In this document: piece after piece, positions 35,301 to 45,891 of the stretch
Layout: every line of letters begins with the position of its first letter
Position numbering within the stretch: the stretch's first letter is position 1
Assembly (NCBI GenBank): GCA_947303715.1
Contig: CAMYYY010000005.1
Coordinates: 15,124-79,123 of the forward strand
Origin: an uncultured Bacteroidales bacterium
GTDB taxonomy: Bacteria; Bacteroidota; Bacteroidia; Bacteroidales; Bacteroidaceae
DNA length: 64,000 nucleotides
Direction of reading: 5' to 3'
Notes under the pieces: generated by a model
Databases searched by the model: none
What the model was told of the DNA's origin: nothing
Seen by the model: only the letters and a program-made list of their open reading frames with translations
Made by a program: the position numbers and the translations under genes

Positions 35301-36289
35301 TTATCTCCTGCGTCAGCATCAAATACGTTGCCATTGAGCAGTTTGTCCCGGCCCCCTATCCGATGCCCGAGGGCCTGAGCATAGCTGTACTCAATAACCT
35401 CAGCCCCCATAACATCTCCTTTCTCGACGAAGATGTCTATGCCTATTCCTTCGATGGCGATTCGCTCATGGAGTATGTGGCACAGGCTTTTGCCGATGCG
35501 GAGCTGTTCAGCGAAGTTGTCGTGCTCGACTCGTGCATCTATCCTCAGGGCGACACCATCTACCACCAGTTGAAGGAACAGGAGGTGCGCTATCTCTGTG
35601 ACCTCCTCGCGGTGGATATGCTCTACGTCTGCGACTATGGCTGTGTCACTTCGTGGGGGCCTGAAGCCATCGACGGCGAGCGTAAGGCCTACATCGCCTC
35701 TCACCTCTATGTCCCCAATGGGGAGGTGCATATCAAGGAGCTTGATCCTTCGCGCCCGTTAATGTTCATCCTCTACCAGTACTTGACTCGTGGCACCTAT
35801 CGTACTCGTCATGAGGCCGATCGTTGGATTGAGCGTTCCTATCCCATCGTGAGCCGGATGGCTGTCGAGTGCTTCGCCTCTCATTGGGAGTCGCGCGACC
35901 GTCTTTTTTTCCATGGCACCAGCCCCAACCTGCGCGAGGCCACGGTCTGTGTCCGCGACGGCGATTGGGACGGCGCCTATCACTACTGGCAGCGGCAGGC
36001 TCAGAAACGTAGCCCCCGCCAGCGTCTCATCTCCCTTTACAATCAGGCACTCTATCACGAGATGAACGACAGCGTCGACCTCGCCCTCCGCACGCTTGAC
36101 CTGGCTGACACCTATGCTTCTGATACCATGGCTGTTGATACCCTTGCCTTGCGCGAATGGTTTAATGTCGACCTCGCTATCGGTGATTATCCCTACACGG
36201 ATCATCAGCGAATTGTCAACTACCGTAACCTCCTCCGTGACCGCAAGGTAGAGCTCCAGAAACTTGATTCTATTATGTCCAATCCCTAA
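35198..36289 (+). CDS. Hypothetical lipoprotein
   Basis: 363 aa with a lipobox-like FIFSLFISC. The C-terminal half is helical and TPR-like. No confident family. Confidence 0.5.
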   Translation: MKNKEFCMQHSDGLSRIRRAACKALYFSFFIFSLFISCVSIKYVAIEQFVPAPYPMPEGLSIAVLNNLSPHNISFLDEDVYAYSFDGDSLMEYVAQAFADAELFSEVVVLDSCIYPQGDTIYHQLKEQEVRYLCDLLAVDMLYVCDYGCVTSWGPEAIDGERKAYIASHLYVPNGEVHIKELDPSRPLMFILYQYLTRGTYRTRHEADRWIERSYPIVSRMAVECFASHWESRDRLFFHGTSPNLREATVCVRDGDWDGAYHYWQRQAQKRSPRQRLISLYNQALYHEMNDSVDLALRTLDLADTYASDTMAVDTLALREWFNVDLAIGDYPYTDHQRIVNYRNLLRDRKVELQKLDSIMSNP

Positions 36290-36332
36290 TACCTGATAAT
36301 TTATTTCTAATTCCTAATTATTCCATCCTCCC

Positions 36333-36776
36333 ATGCTCTCCCTTGCCGACATCCTTCAGACCATTGTCCGCACCTACACCCGTGCAGACGAAGACGTAGT
36401 GCTAACCGACATCCACTTCCAGCCTGTCCAGGACACGGGCGAACTGTTTGTCTTCGATGATGAAGACCAGCCTATTGCTCACACCGTAGTAGAGTCGTGG
36501 GCCGACCTGCCTGACGACGCCTTCCTCCTCACCGTGCGTGCCGACCTTGAGCAGGCCATTGCCGCAGCAAACGCCGACGGCGCCCTCGAACGTCTCTCCA
36601 TCTTCCGCCCCTACAGCCTTGTTCTTGTCGATGACGAGCGCGAAACCATCTGCGACCTTCTTCTCGTCGACGACGATACCCTCATCCTTTCCGACCAGCT
36701 CCTCTCCGATCTCGACTCCGACCTCGACGCCTTCCTCGACAACCTGTTGGACGATACTTCGGCTGATAGTTTCTAA
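36333..36776 (+). CDS. Highly acidic hypothetical protein
   Basis: 147 aa, rich in D/E/L. Its coding-like periodicity is stronger than that of the antisense ORF. Confidence 0.45.
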   Translation: MLSLADILQTIVRTYTRADEDVVLTDIHFQPVQDTGELFVFDDEDQPIAHTVVESWADLPDDAFLLTVRADLEQAIAAANADGALERLSIFRPYSLVLVDDERETICDLLLVDDDTLILSDQLLSDLDSDLDAFLDNLLDDTSADSF

Positions 36777-36781
36777 AAAAC

Positions 36782-36880
36782 ATCTACACAATCTACACGA
36801 ACCACGTATGTGGTTCATATATAGGTATTTAATTCGTGCAGATGATTGAATTTATCTACACTATCTACACAATCTACACG
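36782..36880 (+). repeat. (ATCTACAC)n octamer repeats flanking a GAACCAC-GTAT-GTGGTTC hairpin
   Basis: ATCTACACAATCTACACG at 36782-36799 and ATCTACACTATCTACACAATCTACACG at 36854-36880. An inverted copy lies at about 7206-7222. Confidence 0.8.
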
Positions 36881-37121
36881 CATTCTCCCCAATTCTTGAA
36901 AAGAGTGGCATATTATTTATGCATGAAGTCATTTTATAGAGCCGTTTTGCTGGCGTTTGACGTGGTCTATAAACAGCGCCCGTGTTTATATAAACAGGAC
37001 TCCTGTCTATAAATAGTTGCTTGCTCTGAGAAATTATTTGCCTGTGCTGGGTAAAAAAGAGAAAACATTCATTTTACAATACATTTGCCATTTTTTAGAA
37101 AATTGTTTTGTGCATTGAACA

Positions 37122-37153
37122 TTTGTAGATTCGAGAAAATAATTGTACTTTTG
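37122..37153 (+). promoter_or_regulatory. Promoter (-33 TTTG, 20 nt, -7 TACTTTTG) for the GH31 gene
   Basis: TTTG at 37122-37125 and TACTTTTG at 37146-37153. Confidence 0.65.
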
Positions 37154-37190
37154 CAGACGTAATCATAAATCCCATAAAACAATTACTATT

Positions 37191-39470
37191 ATGACTCATA
37201 AACTGCTGTTTTTTATCCTTGCGCTTGGGCTGATAGGGTGCGCGGGCGATGGCGCTCGTGAACAGGCGGCGAGCGAGGCTGGGCAGGGTGAGAGTATCTC
37301 ATTGGGTGAAGGGACGTTGCAGCTGCTGCCGCTTGCGGAGGGGGCTGTACGCGTGCGCTATACGTTGGGCGACATCGAGCCGCTGGAGGAGCTCATTTAT
37401 ACGGAACAGGTGGCGTGCCCGAAATATAAGGTCCAGCGAAGCGAGACGGAAACCAGACTGACCATGCGGCAGATGGAGGTAAGGCTCGACCATGCGACGG
37501 GGCAGCTGACATTCCTCGACGCGAAGGGGCATGTGCTGCTGCAGGAATTGCCTGCCGGCAGGAAGGCAAAGACGACGCAGATGCGCGGCATGAAGGTGCT
37601 CGATGTGGAGCAACGTTTCCTCTCGCCTGATGACGAATGCCTGTTCGGCACGGGACAGTTCCAGGACGGCTACTTGAACATCCGCGGGCTGAGCCGACGA
37701 CTGACACAAGTGAACACACAGATTTCCATCCCCTTCATCCTCTCCAGTAAGGGCTATGGCCTGCTTTGGAACAATTATGGTCTGACGGAGCTGAATCCCT
37801 CTCCCAACAGCCTGACGCTCATCCCATCGAACGAGAAGGGCGAGGCCTACGAGGTGACGGCAACGGGCACCACGGGCGCCGTGCGCGAAAGGCGAGTCAT
37901 GGACACATTTTCGGGTCAGATAGAGGTAACGGAGGCGGGCGACTATGCCCTGCTGCTCGACATGGGGCAGACGATGAGCCGCCGTCAGTATCTGGCTATT
38001 GACGGGCAGGTACTCACGGATCAGCGTAACCTCTGGCTGCCGCCCACGACGTCGCTCATCGTGCCCCTCGAGGCGGGCATGCATACCGTCGTCGTGAAGG
38101 GCGTGCAAGGCGACCGTCCCACAATGGGCTGGGGCAGGGTAGAGGCGCAGACTGTGCTCCATTCGCCTGTGGCACAGGCGCTCGACTATACCGTCTTTGC
38201 CGGCACGCCCGACGAGGTCGTCGCCACCTATCGCAAGCTCACGGGCCCTGCGCCGCTCATGCCCGACTGGATGCTGGGCTACGTACACTGCCGCGAGCGC
38301 TACCACTCGCAGCAGGAACTGCTGGAGAACGCCCGCATGTTCCGCGAGAAGGACATCCCCGCCAGCGTCATCGTGCAGGACTGGCAATGGTGGGGACGGA
38401 CGGGCTGGAACTCCATGCAGTTCGACCCCGAGCTCTTCCCCCAGCCGAAGGAATTGGTGGACGAGCTGCACGGGATGAACTTCCGCATGATGCTCTCTGT
38501 GTGGTCGAAAGTCGACAGGAACAGCACGCTGGGGCGCGAATTCGCCAAGCGTAACTATTACATCCACGGAACGGACTGGATTGATTTCTTCCGTCCCGAA
38601 GCGGCGCAGTTCTATTGGACGAACTTCCGCGACAGCCTCGTACGGAAGTACGGCATCGATTCGTGGTGGCTGGATGCCACAGAGCCTGAGAACGATGACC
38701 TTGTCGGACGCCGTGTGGCAGGTGGCACGCTGCCGGGCGAGCTGGTGCGCAACGTCTATCCTGTAAAGGTGGTCAGTACCGTCTATAACGGGCTGTGCGA
38801 GGAAATGCCGGGGAAGGTACCCGTCATCCTCACGCGTAGCGCGTTTGCCGGCATGCAACGCTATAATGCCGTCACGTGGAGCGGCGATGTGGGGAACGAC
38901 GGCGAAACGCTACGACGTCAGATTGTGGGCGGACTGGGCTATATGGCCTGTGGAATGCCATGGTGGACCTACGATGCCGGAGGCTTCTTCCGTCCAGGCA
39001 ACCAATACACAGATGCCGCCTATCAGGAGATGATGCTCCGCTGGATAGAGTGTAGCGTCTTCCTGCCCATTATGCGCGTGCATGGATACATCAGTAATAC
39101 CGAGCCGTGGAACTATCCGGTAGAGACGGAGCAGATCTTCACGGAGTGCATCCGCCAGCGGACGGAGCTGCTGCCATATCTCAGGAAATGTGCCAAGCGC
39201 GTAGCCAAGGAGGGCTATACGCTGATGCGCCCGCTGGTGTTCGACTTTGCCGACGATGTCGAGGCCCTGCGCCAGCAGACGGAGTATATGTTCGGCCCGC
39301 GCTATCTCGTCTGCCCCGTCACGGAGGCAGGTGCCACGGAATGGCGCGTCTATCTGCCCCACAATCCCCGTGGCTGGGACGACCTCTACACACAAGTCCA
39401 CTACGACGGAGGCCAGTACATCACCATCCCCCTCACCCTCGATAAGATACCCGTGTTTGTGAGGAAGTGA
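37191..39470 (+). CDS. Glycoside hydrolase family 31 (alpha-xylosidase/alpha-glucosidase-like) lipoprotein
   Basis: ATG 37191 (MTHKLLFFILALGLIGC) is preferred over the track start. It has DSWWLDATEPEN (nucleophile region) and VTWSGDVGND (acid/base region). Confidence 0.9.
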   Translation: MTHKLLFFILALGLIGCAGDGAREQAASEAGQGESISLGEGTLQLLPLAEGAVRVRYTLGDIEPLEELIYTEQVACPKYKVQRSETETRLTMRQMEVRLDHATGQLTFLDAKGHVLLQELPAGRKAKTTQMRGMKVLDVEQRFLSPDDECLFGTGQFQDGYLNIRGLSRRLTQVNTQISIPFILSSKGYGLLWNNYGLTELNPSPNSLTLIPSNEKGEAYEVTATGTTGAVRERRVMDTFSGQIEVTEAGDYALLLDMGQTMSRRQYLAIDGQVLTDQRNLWLPPTTSLIVPLEAGMHTVVVKGVQGDRPTMGWGRVEAQTVLHSPVAQALDYTVFAGTPDEVVATYRKLTGPAPLMPDWMLGYVHCRERYHSQQELLENARMFREKDIPASVIVQDWQWWGRTGWNSMQFDPELFPQPKELVDELHGMNFRMMLSVWSKVDRNSTLGREFAKRNYYIHGTDWIDFFRPEAAQFYWTNFRDSLVRKYGIDSWWLDATEPENDDLVGRRVAGGTLPGELVRNVYPVKVVSTVYNGLCEEMPGKVPVILTRSAFAGMQRYNAVTWSGDVGNDGETLRRQIVGGLGYMACGMPWWTYDAGGFFRPGNQYTDAAYQEMMLRWIECSVFLPIMRVHGYISNTEPWNYPVETEQIFTECIRQRTELLPYLRKCAKRVAKEGYTLMRPLVFDFADDVEALRQQTEYMFGPRYLVCPVTEAGATEWRVYLPHNPRGWDDLYTQVHYDGGQYITIPLTLDKIPVFVRK

Positions 39471-39571
39471 TTCCCCCTTGGTTAGATCCCACGATTGCAA
39501 ATATATCTTAAATAGCCCTTTCAGAGGGCGGATTTAGGGGGCGCTTTTTTCGTTATGCGAAAAAATATGCG

Positions 39572-39579
39572 TAATTTTG
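39572..39579 (+). promoter_or_regulatory. -7 box TAATTTTG for the tolC-HD-adaptor-RND operon
   Basis: Lies 35 nt upstream of ATG 39614. It is bracketed by the inverted repeat TTATGCGAA (39553-39561) and TTCGCATAA (39594-39602). Confidence 0.5.
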
Positions 39580-39613
39580 CGCGATTTTTTTCATTCGCAT
39601 AAAAATAAGTATA

Positions 39614-40939
39614 ATGAAAACTAGAAAAATGACGATGACGCTGGTGCTGGCGTTGGCGCTGATGCCTGCTTGGGTTAGCGAGGCAAGCGGGCAGGAAGCC
39701 CTGCGGCTGACGTTGGAACGGGCCATTGAGATTGCGCTGGCTGACAACCCCACCATAAAGATTGCTGAGCAGGATATCCAACTGAAGGAGATGGCCAAGC
39801 TGGAGACCACCATGGGGCTGCTGCCCGAGGCCAGCCTGGCCGGCTCGTACCAGCGCACCATCGAGAAGCAGACGATGGTGATGAACAACATGCAGTTCAA
39901 GGTGGGTGTCAACAACATGTATACCGGCGGCCTCACCGTCAGCCTGCCCGTGTTTGCCCCGGCGCTCTATAAGAGTATGACGCTGACGCGCACGGACGTG
40001 GAACTTGCCATGGAACAGGCACGCGCCTCAAAACAGGACCTTGTGTGTCAGGTCACCAAGGCCTTCTACCAGCAGATGCTGGCGCAGGACAGCTATGCTG
40101 TGCTCCAGAAGAGCTATGCCCAGAGCGAGGAGAATTTCCGCATCGTTTCTGCCAAATACGACGAAGGTCGTGTGAGCGAATATGACAGAATCAGCGCCGA
40201 GGTGCAGATGCGTAACCTGAAGCCCTCTGTCATTAGCGCCCGAAACGCCGTCGATCTGAGCCAACTGCAACTGAAGGTGCTGATGGGCGTGACGGCAGAC
40301 GTGGATGTCGTCGTGGAAGGCAACCTCAAAGACTACGAGGAGCAGATGTACGCCTCGATGCTGGGGCTCGACAGCCTGTCGTTGGAACGCAACAGCTCCC
40401 TCATGCAGTTGGACCTCAACAGCCGCTTGCTGCGCAACACACTCTCCGTTCAGAAGCAGAACTTTATGCCCAACGTCGCCCTGCAGTTCAACTATATGTA
40501 CACCTGCATGGCAGACAACTTCGACTTCGGAACCTACAACTGGAACCCCTACGCCAACGTCTCCCTGAGCGTGAGCGTTCCCCTCTTCAGGTACAGCAAT
40601 TTCAGCACAGTCAAGAAGACGCGCCTGCAGATGAACCAACTGCAACTGAACCGCGACTATGCCGAGCGCCAGTTGCGTATGCAGATGAACACCTACTTGA
40701 ACAACATGACTGCCAGCGCCGAGCAGGTAAGCTCGAACAAGGAGGCTATCGCGCAGGCGCAAAAAGGGCGCGACATCGCCCAGACGCTCTACGACGTGGG
40801 GCGCGGCACGGTACTTGAGCTCAACAGCGCCGAGGTGGCGCTCACTCAGAGCGAACTCACCTACAGCCAATCCGTCTTCGATTGGCTGACAGCCAAAGCC
40901 GATCTGGACAAGCTGACGGGAGAAGACTACGTGGAATAA
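39614..40939 (+). CDS. TolC-family outer-membrane efflux protein
   Basis: 441 aa with a signal peptide and two OEP repeats (LTLERAIEIALADNPTIKIAEQDI...; ...LYDVGRGTVLELNSAEVALTQSEL). Confidence 0.9.
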   Translation: MKTRKMTMTLVLALALMPAWVSEASGQEALRLTLERAIEIALADNPTIKIAEQDIQLKEMAKLETTMGLLPEASLAGSYQRTIEKQTMVMNNMQFKVGVNNMYTGGLTVSLPVFAPALYKSMTLTRTDVELAMEQARASKQDLVCQVTKAFYQQMLAQDSYAVLQKSYAQSEENFRIVSAKYDEGRVSEYDRISAEVQMRNLKPSVISARNAVDLSQLQLKVLMGVTADVDVVVEGNLKDYEEQMYASMLGLDSLSLERNSSLMQLDLNSRLLRNTLSVQKQNFMPNVALQFNYMYTCMADNFDFGTYNWNPYANVSLSVSVPLFRYSNFSTVKKTRLQMNQLQLNRDYAERQLRMQMNTYLNNMTASAEQVSSNKEAIAQAQKGRDIAQTLYDVGRGTVLELNSAEVALTQSELTYSQSVFDWLTAKADLDKLTGEDYVE

Positions 40940-40963
40940 AGGAATGTGAGTGATTAGGGCAAG

Positions 40964-41527
40964 ATGAATGCAAGAGAGTATCTGGAAATATTGCATATTG
41001 CAGAGCGACTGAAGGACACACCCCGTCATTGCACCACCACAAAGGGGAGGACGGAAAGTGTGGCTGAACATAGCTGGCGTGTTGCGCTTATGGCATTTCT
41101 TCTTACACATCAATTTCCTGAGATTGATTGCAATAAGGTTGTCGGTATGTGCTTGATTCATGATTTGGGAGAGTGCTTCACGGGGGATATCCCCACCTTC
41201 CTTAAGACAGAGAAGGACAGGAATGTGGAAGATTCCTTATTAGGGCAATGGGTATCATCACTACCTGTTGAAATATCAGTAGAACTCAAGGCATTGTATA
41301 GTGAGATGGATGCCCAACAGACGAAAGAGGCAAAACTCTATAAATCACTTGACAAACTGGAGGCCTTGATACAGCATAATGAATCGCCCTTGAATACTTG
41401 GTCAGAAAACGAATATGAACTGAATAAAACATACGCATTCGACACGGTGTCCTTTTCAGAATGGCTGAGTGGGCTAAGAAAAGAGATTCTTAAAGATACA
41501 CTTGAAAAAATTGAAAACGAAAAATAA
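40964..41527 (+). CDS. HD-domain phosphohydrolase (YfbR-like fold)
   Basis: 187 aa with ESVAEHSWRVALMAFLL ... IHDLGECFTGDIP (H...HD...D metal ligands). Confidence 0.75.
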   Translation: MNAREYLEILHIAERLKDTPRHCTTTKGRTESVAEHSWRVALMAFLLTHQFPEIDCNKVVGMCLIHDLGECFTGDIPTFLKTEKDRNVEDSLLGQWVSSLPVEISVELKALYSEMDAQQTKEAKLYKSLDKLEALIQHNESPLNTWSENEYELNKTYAFDTVSFSEWLSGLRKEILKDTLEKIENEK

Positions 41528-41528
41528 T

Positions 41529-42557
41529 ATGCGAAACAAAAGACTACAGCACAGCGTTCTGTTCCTGTTGGCAACCTGCATGATGGTCGCTTGCGCGGAT
41601 GGGCAGAAGAAACAGAGTGGCGGTCCCGTCGGAGGCGAAAAGCCCAAGGTGCGCCTGGCAGCCGTCAACAAGCGGGCCGTCGACCAGGTGCGCGACTACA
41701 CCTGCACCGTCGAGGCCGAAGTGAAGAACAACATCGCCCCGCAGACACCCGGGCGCATCAGCCGCATCTTCGTCGAGGTGGGCGACCACGTCGTCAAGGG
41801 CCAGAAGCTGGTGCAGATGGACGCCTCGTCGCTGCGTCAGCTTGAGCTCCAGATTGCCAACCAGAAGACCGACTTCGAGCGCATCGAGAAGCTCTACAAG
41901 ATTGGCGGTGCCAGCAAGGCCGAGTACGACAACGCCAAGATGTCGCTCGACATCAACGAGACCAGCTATGCCAACCTGAAGGAGAACACCACGCTGCTGA
42001 GCCCCATCACGGGCATCGTGACGGCCCGCAACTACGACAACGGCGACCTCTACGCCGGCAGCCCCGTGCTCACCATCCAGCAGATACGTCCCGTGAAGCT
42101 GCTCATCAACGTCAGCGAGCAGTATTTCAGCCGCGTGCAGAAGGGCGACCGCGCCGTCATCCGTCTCGACGCCCTGCCCGGCAAGGAATACGACGCCAAG
42201 GTGACGCTGGTCTATCCGACCATCAACGCCGCCACCCACACCTTCCCCGTCGAGCTGAGCCTGCCCAACGTCGACGAGGCCGTGCGCCCCGGCATGTTTG
42301 CCCGCGCCACCCTCAACTTCGGCACCGAGCAGCACGTCGTGGTGCCCGACCAGGCCATCGTCAAGCAGCCCGGCAGCGGCGAGCGTTTTGTCTATACCTA
42401 TAACAACGACGGCACCGTCAGCTACATGAAGGTCGAGCTCGGACAGCGTCTCGACGACAGCTACGAGCTGCTGAGCGGCGTCAGCGACGGTGCACGCATC
42501 GTCGTCGCCGGACAGAGCAAGCTCGTCGACGGCGCCGAAGTGCAGGTGGTGGAATGA
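41529..42557 (+). CDS. Efflux RND periplasmic adaptor
   Basis: ATG 41529 (MRNKRLQHSVLFLLATCMMVAC lipobox) lies 1 nt after the HD stop. The sequence is HlyD_D23/biotin-lipoyl-like. Confidence 0.88.
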   Translation: MRNKRLQHSVLFLLATCMMVACADGQKKQSGGPVGGEKPKVRLAAVNKRAVDQVRDYTCTVEAEVKNNIAPQTPGRISRIFVEVGDHVVKGQKLVQMDASSLRQLELQIANQKTDFERIEKLYKIGGASKAEYDNAKMSLDINETSYANLKENTTLLSPITGIVTARNYDNGDLYAGSPVLTIQQIRPVKLLINVSEQYFSRVQKGDRAVIRLDALPGKEYDAKVTLVYPTINAATHTFPVELSLPNVDEAVRPGMFARATLNFGTEQHVVVPDQAIVKQPGSGERFVYTYNNDGTVSYMKVELGQRLDDSYELLSGVSDGARIVVAGQSKLVDGAEVQVVE

Positions 42558-42565
42558 TACTTTTT

Positions 42566-42666
42566 AATGAAAAATGAAGAATGAAAAATGAAGAATAAAT
42601 AGCTTTGCAATCGGAATGTTGCACGCAGGACATTCTATTTTTCATTCTTCATTCTTCATTTTTCAT
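42566..42666. repeat. Palindromic (AATGAAR)n element, copy 3, inside the RND operon
   Basis: The arms AATGAAAAATGAAGAATGAAAAATGAAGAATAAATAG and CTATTTTTCATTCTTCATTCTTCATTTTTCAT give a roughly 30-bp imperfect stem. The loop carries its own GAATGT/ACATTC hairpin. Confidence 0.85.
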
Positions 42667-42699
42667 ATAAATAAAATTCTCAACTAACAACATCCGACT

Positions 42700-45600
42700 A
42701 TGAGTCTATACGAAGGTTCGGTCAAACGGCCGATTATGACCTCACTGATATTCACGGCCATTGTGGTGATGGGCGTCTTCTCGCTCACCAAGCTGCCCGT
42801 GAACCTCTTCCCCGACATCGACACGAACACCATCATGGTGATGACGTCCTACAGCGGTGCCTCGGCCGAGGACATCGAGCAGAACGTCACCCGCCCCCTC
42901 GAGAACACGCTGAACACCGTCGGCAACCTGAAGCACCTCACCAGCCGCTCGTCCGAGAACGTCTCCATCATCACGCTCGAGTTTGAGTATGGCTACGACA
43001 TCGACGACCTCACGAACGACGTCCGCGACAAGCTCGACATGGTGAAGCGCGCGCTGCCCGACGGGGCCACCGACCCCATCATCTTCAAGTTCGACTCGGA
43101 CATGATGCCCATCCTGCTCCTCTCCGTGCAGGCCGACCAGAGCGTCAACGGTCTCTACAAGATTCTCGACGAGAACGTGGCCAACCCGCTGGCGCGCATC
43201 GCGGGCGTGGGCAGCGTCAGCATCGGCGGCGCACCCGAGCGCGAGATCTACGTCTATTGCGACCCCGTCAAGCTCGAGGCCTACAACCTCACCGTCGAGG
43301 CCATCTCGAACATCATCACCCAGGAGAACCGCAACATCCCCGGCGGCTCGTTCGACGTCGGCAACGAGACCTTCCCCCTGCGCGTCGAGGGCGAGTTCAA
43401 CGACCCCCGCGAGATGGAGAACATCGTCGTGGCCAGCGTGGCCGGCAGCGACATCTACCTGCGCGACGTCGCCGAGGTGGTCGACACCCTGCAGGAACGC
43501 GGACAGATGTCATTCACCAACGGCGTCCGCGGCGCCACCATCATCGTACAGAAGCAGTCGGGCGCCAACTCCGTCGAAATCTGCAACAAGGTGAAGAAGA
43601 TGCTGCCCGAGCTCGAGCGCAACCTCCCCTCCGACGTCCACATCGGCATGATCAACGACACCTCCGAGAGCATCATGAACTCCATCGGCTCGCTCGAAGA
43701 GACCGTCTTCTTCGCCCTGCTGTTCGTGGTGCTGGTGGTGCTGTTCTTCCTTGGCCGCTGGCGCGCCACGTTCGTCATCGCCATCACCATCCCCCTCTCG
43801 CTCATCGCCTCGTTCATCTACCTGCTGCTCAGCGGCGGCTCGCTCAACATCGTCTCGCTCTCGTGTCTCTCCATCGCCATCGGCCTCGTGGTCGACGACG
43901 CCATCGTGGTGCTCGAGAACACGACTACCCACATCGAGCGCGGCGCCGACCCCAAGCAGGCCGCCATACACGCCACCAACGAGGTCGCCATCTCCGTCAT
44001 CGCCTCCACGCTGACCATGATTGCCGTCTTCCTGCCCCTGACGATGGTGAAGGGCATGGCAGGCATGATGTTCAAGCAGCTCGGCTGGATGATGTGCGTC
44101 ATCCTCACCGTCTCGACCACCAGCGCCCTCTCGTTCACGCCCATGCTCTGCTCGCAGATGCTCAGGCTGAAGAAGAAGCGCAGCCGCTTCATGGAGCGCG
44201 TGTACGGCCCCATCGAGCGCTTCCTCGACCGTTTCGACCGCTGGTACCAGCGCCGCCTCAACTGGTGCGTGCGCCATCGCGGCTGGATCATCGGCGTCTG
44301 CGTCGTCATCTTCGCCGCCAGCCTCCTCACCGTCCGCACCCTCGGCACCGAGTTCTTCCCCTCGAGCGACGACAGCCGCCTGACCATCAAGGTGTGGATG
44401 CCCATCGGGACGCGCACCGAGCGCAGCCAGCAGGTCGCCGAGGAGCTCGCCGAGAAGTGGCGCGCCGACTTCGGCAAGGACACACGCGTCATCAACTACA
44501 CCGTCGGACAGGCATCCGAGGACAACACCTTCGCCTCGATGCAGGACAACGGCACACACATCATCTCCTACAACGTCCGCCTGAAGAACCCCAGCGAGCG
44601 CAAGGTGACGGCCTTCGACGTCGCCGCCATCATCCGTGCCGACCTCGGCGCACGGCCCGAGATTGACCGCTTCACCGTCAGCGCCGGCGGCGGTGCCGGC
44701 ATGGGCGGACAGTCCACCGTCGCCTTCGAGGTCTATGGCTGGGACTTCACCGAGACCGACAACGTGGCCAAGATGCTGCGCACCGAGCTCAAGAAAGAGC
44801 CCGGCGTGGCCGAGGTGCGCATCAGCCGCGACGAGTACCAGCCCGAGTACCACGTCGAGTTCGACCGCGAGAAGCTCGCCCGCCACGGACTCAACATGTC
44901 CACCGCCGCCACCTACCTGCGCAACCGCATCAACGGCGCCACCGCCTCCTACTACCGCGAGGACGGCGAGGAGTACGACATCAAGGTGCGCTTCGCCCCT
45001 GAGTTCCGCACCTCCATCCAGGACATCGAGAACATCCTGCTCTACGGCTCGCAGGGCAACGCCGTCCGCGTCAAGGACGTCGGCACCGTCGTCGAGAGCT
45101 TCACCCCGCCCACCATCCAGCGCAAGGACCGCCAGCGCATCAACACCGTCACCGCCATCGTCGAGAAAGGCTTCCCCATGAGCACCGTCGTCGAGGCCGG
45201 ACAGCGCATCATCCGCGAGGGCGACATCCCCCTCGGCGTCACCGTCGGCATCGCCGGCGACTTCGAAGAGCAGCAGGACTCCTTCTCCGACCTGCTCCTG
45301 CTCGGACTGCTCATCCTCATGCTCGTCTATATCGTCATGGCGGCACAGTTCGAGAGCTTCTCCGACCCGTTCATCATCATGCTCAGCGTGCCCTTCGGCG
45401 TGGGCGGCGTGCTCATCGCCCTATGGCTCAGCGGCACCACCCTCAACCTGATGAGCGCCCTCGGCATGGTGCTGCTGCTCGGCATCGTGGTGAAGAACGG
45501 CATCGTGCTCATCGACTACATCCGTCTCTGCCGCGAGCGCGGGCAAGGCGTCGTCAAGGCCGTCGTCACCGCCGGCCGCAGCCGTCTGCGCCCCGTCCTC

Positions 45601-45867
45601 ATGACCACCCTCACCACCATCCTCGGCATGGTTCCCATGGCCGTCGGACGCGGCGAGGGCTCCGAGCTCTGGCGCCCACTCGGCGTCAGCGTCATCGGCG
45701 GACTGACCCTCTCCACCGTGCTCACCCTCATCCTCGTGCCCGTCGTCTATTGCACCTTCGCCGGAGGACAGATCAAGCGCCAGCGCCGCAAGCACGCCCG
45801 CCAGCTCGCCCTCGACGCCTACTGGAAAGAGAACAAGTCCAAACACATCAAGGCAGCGAAAAAGTAA
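42700..45867 (+). CDS. Efflux RND transporter permease (AcrB/CzcA superfamily)
   Basis: 1055 aa with 12-TM architecture. The N-terminus is [33 protein letters not shown]. Confidence 0.95.
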   Translation: MSLYEGSVKRPIMTSLIFTAIVVMGVFSLTKLPVNLFPDIDTNTIMVMTSYSGASAEDIEQNVTRPLENTLNTVGNLKHLTSRSSENVSIITLEFEYGYDIDDLTNDVRDKLDMVKRALPDGATDPIIFKFDSDMMPILLLSVQADQSVNGLYKILDENVANPLARIAGVGSVSIGGAPEREIYVYCDPVKLEAYNLTVEAISNIITQENRNIPGGSFDVGNETFPLRVEGEFNDPREMENIVVASVAGSDIYLRDVAEVVDTLQERGQMSFTNGVRGATIIVQKQSGANSVEICNKVKKMLPELERNLPSDVHIGMINDTSESIMNSIGSLEETVFFALLFVVLVVLFFLGRWRATFVIAITIPLSLIASFIYLLLSGGSLNIVSLSCLSIAIGLVVDDAIVVLENTTTHIERGADPKQAAIHATNEVAISVIASTLTMIAVFLPLTMVKGMAGMMFKQLGWMMCVILTVSTTSALSFTPMLCSQMLRLKKKRSRFMERVYGPIERFLDRFDRWYQRRLNWCVRHRGWIIGVCVVIFAASLLTVRTLGTEFFPSSDDSRLTIKVWMPIGTRTERSQQVAEELAEKWRADFGKDTRVINYTVGQASEDNTFASMQDNGTHIISYNVRLKNPSERKVTAFDVAAIIRADLGARPEIDRFTVSAGGGAGMGGQSTVAFEVYGWDFTETDNVAKMLRTELKKEPGVAEVRISRDEYQPEYHVEFDREKLARHGLNMSTAATYLRNRINGATASYYREDGEEYDIKVRFAPEFRTSIQDIENILLYGSQGNAVRVKDVGTVVESFTPPTIQRKDRQRINTVTAIVEKGFPMSTVVEAGQRIIREGDIPLGVTVGIAGDFEEQQDSFSDLLLLGLLILMLVYIVMAAQFESFSDPFIIMLSVPFGVGGVLIALWLSGTTLNLMSALGMVLLLGIVVKNGIVLIDYIRLCRERGQGVVKAVVTAGRSRLRPVLMTTLTTILGMVPMAVGRGEGSELWRPLGVSVIGGLTLSTVLTLILVPVVYCTFAGGQIKRQRRKHARQLALDAYWKENKSKHIKAAKK

Positions 45868-45891
45868 ATTTCTTCAATCTTCAATTCATAA

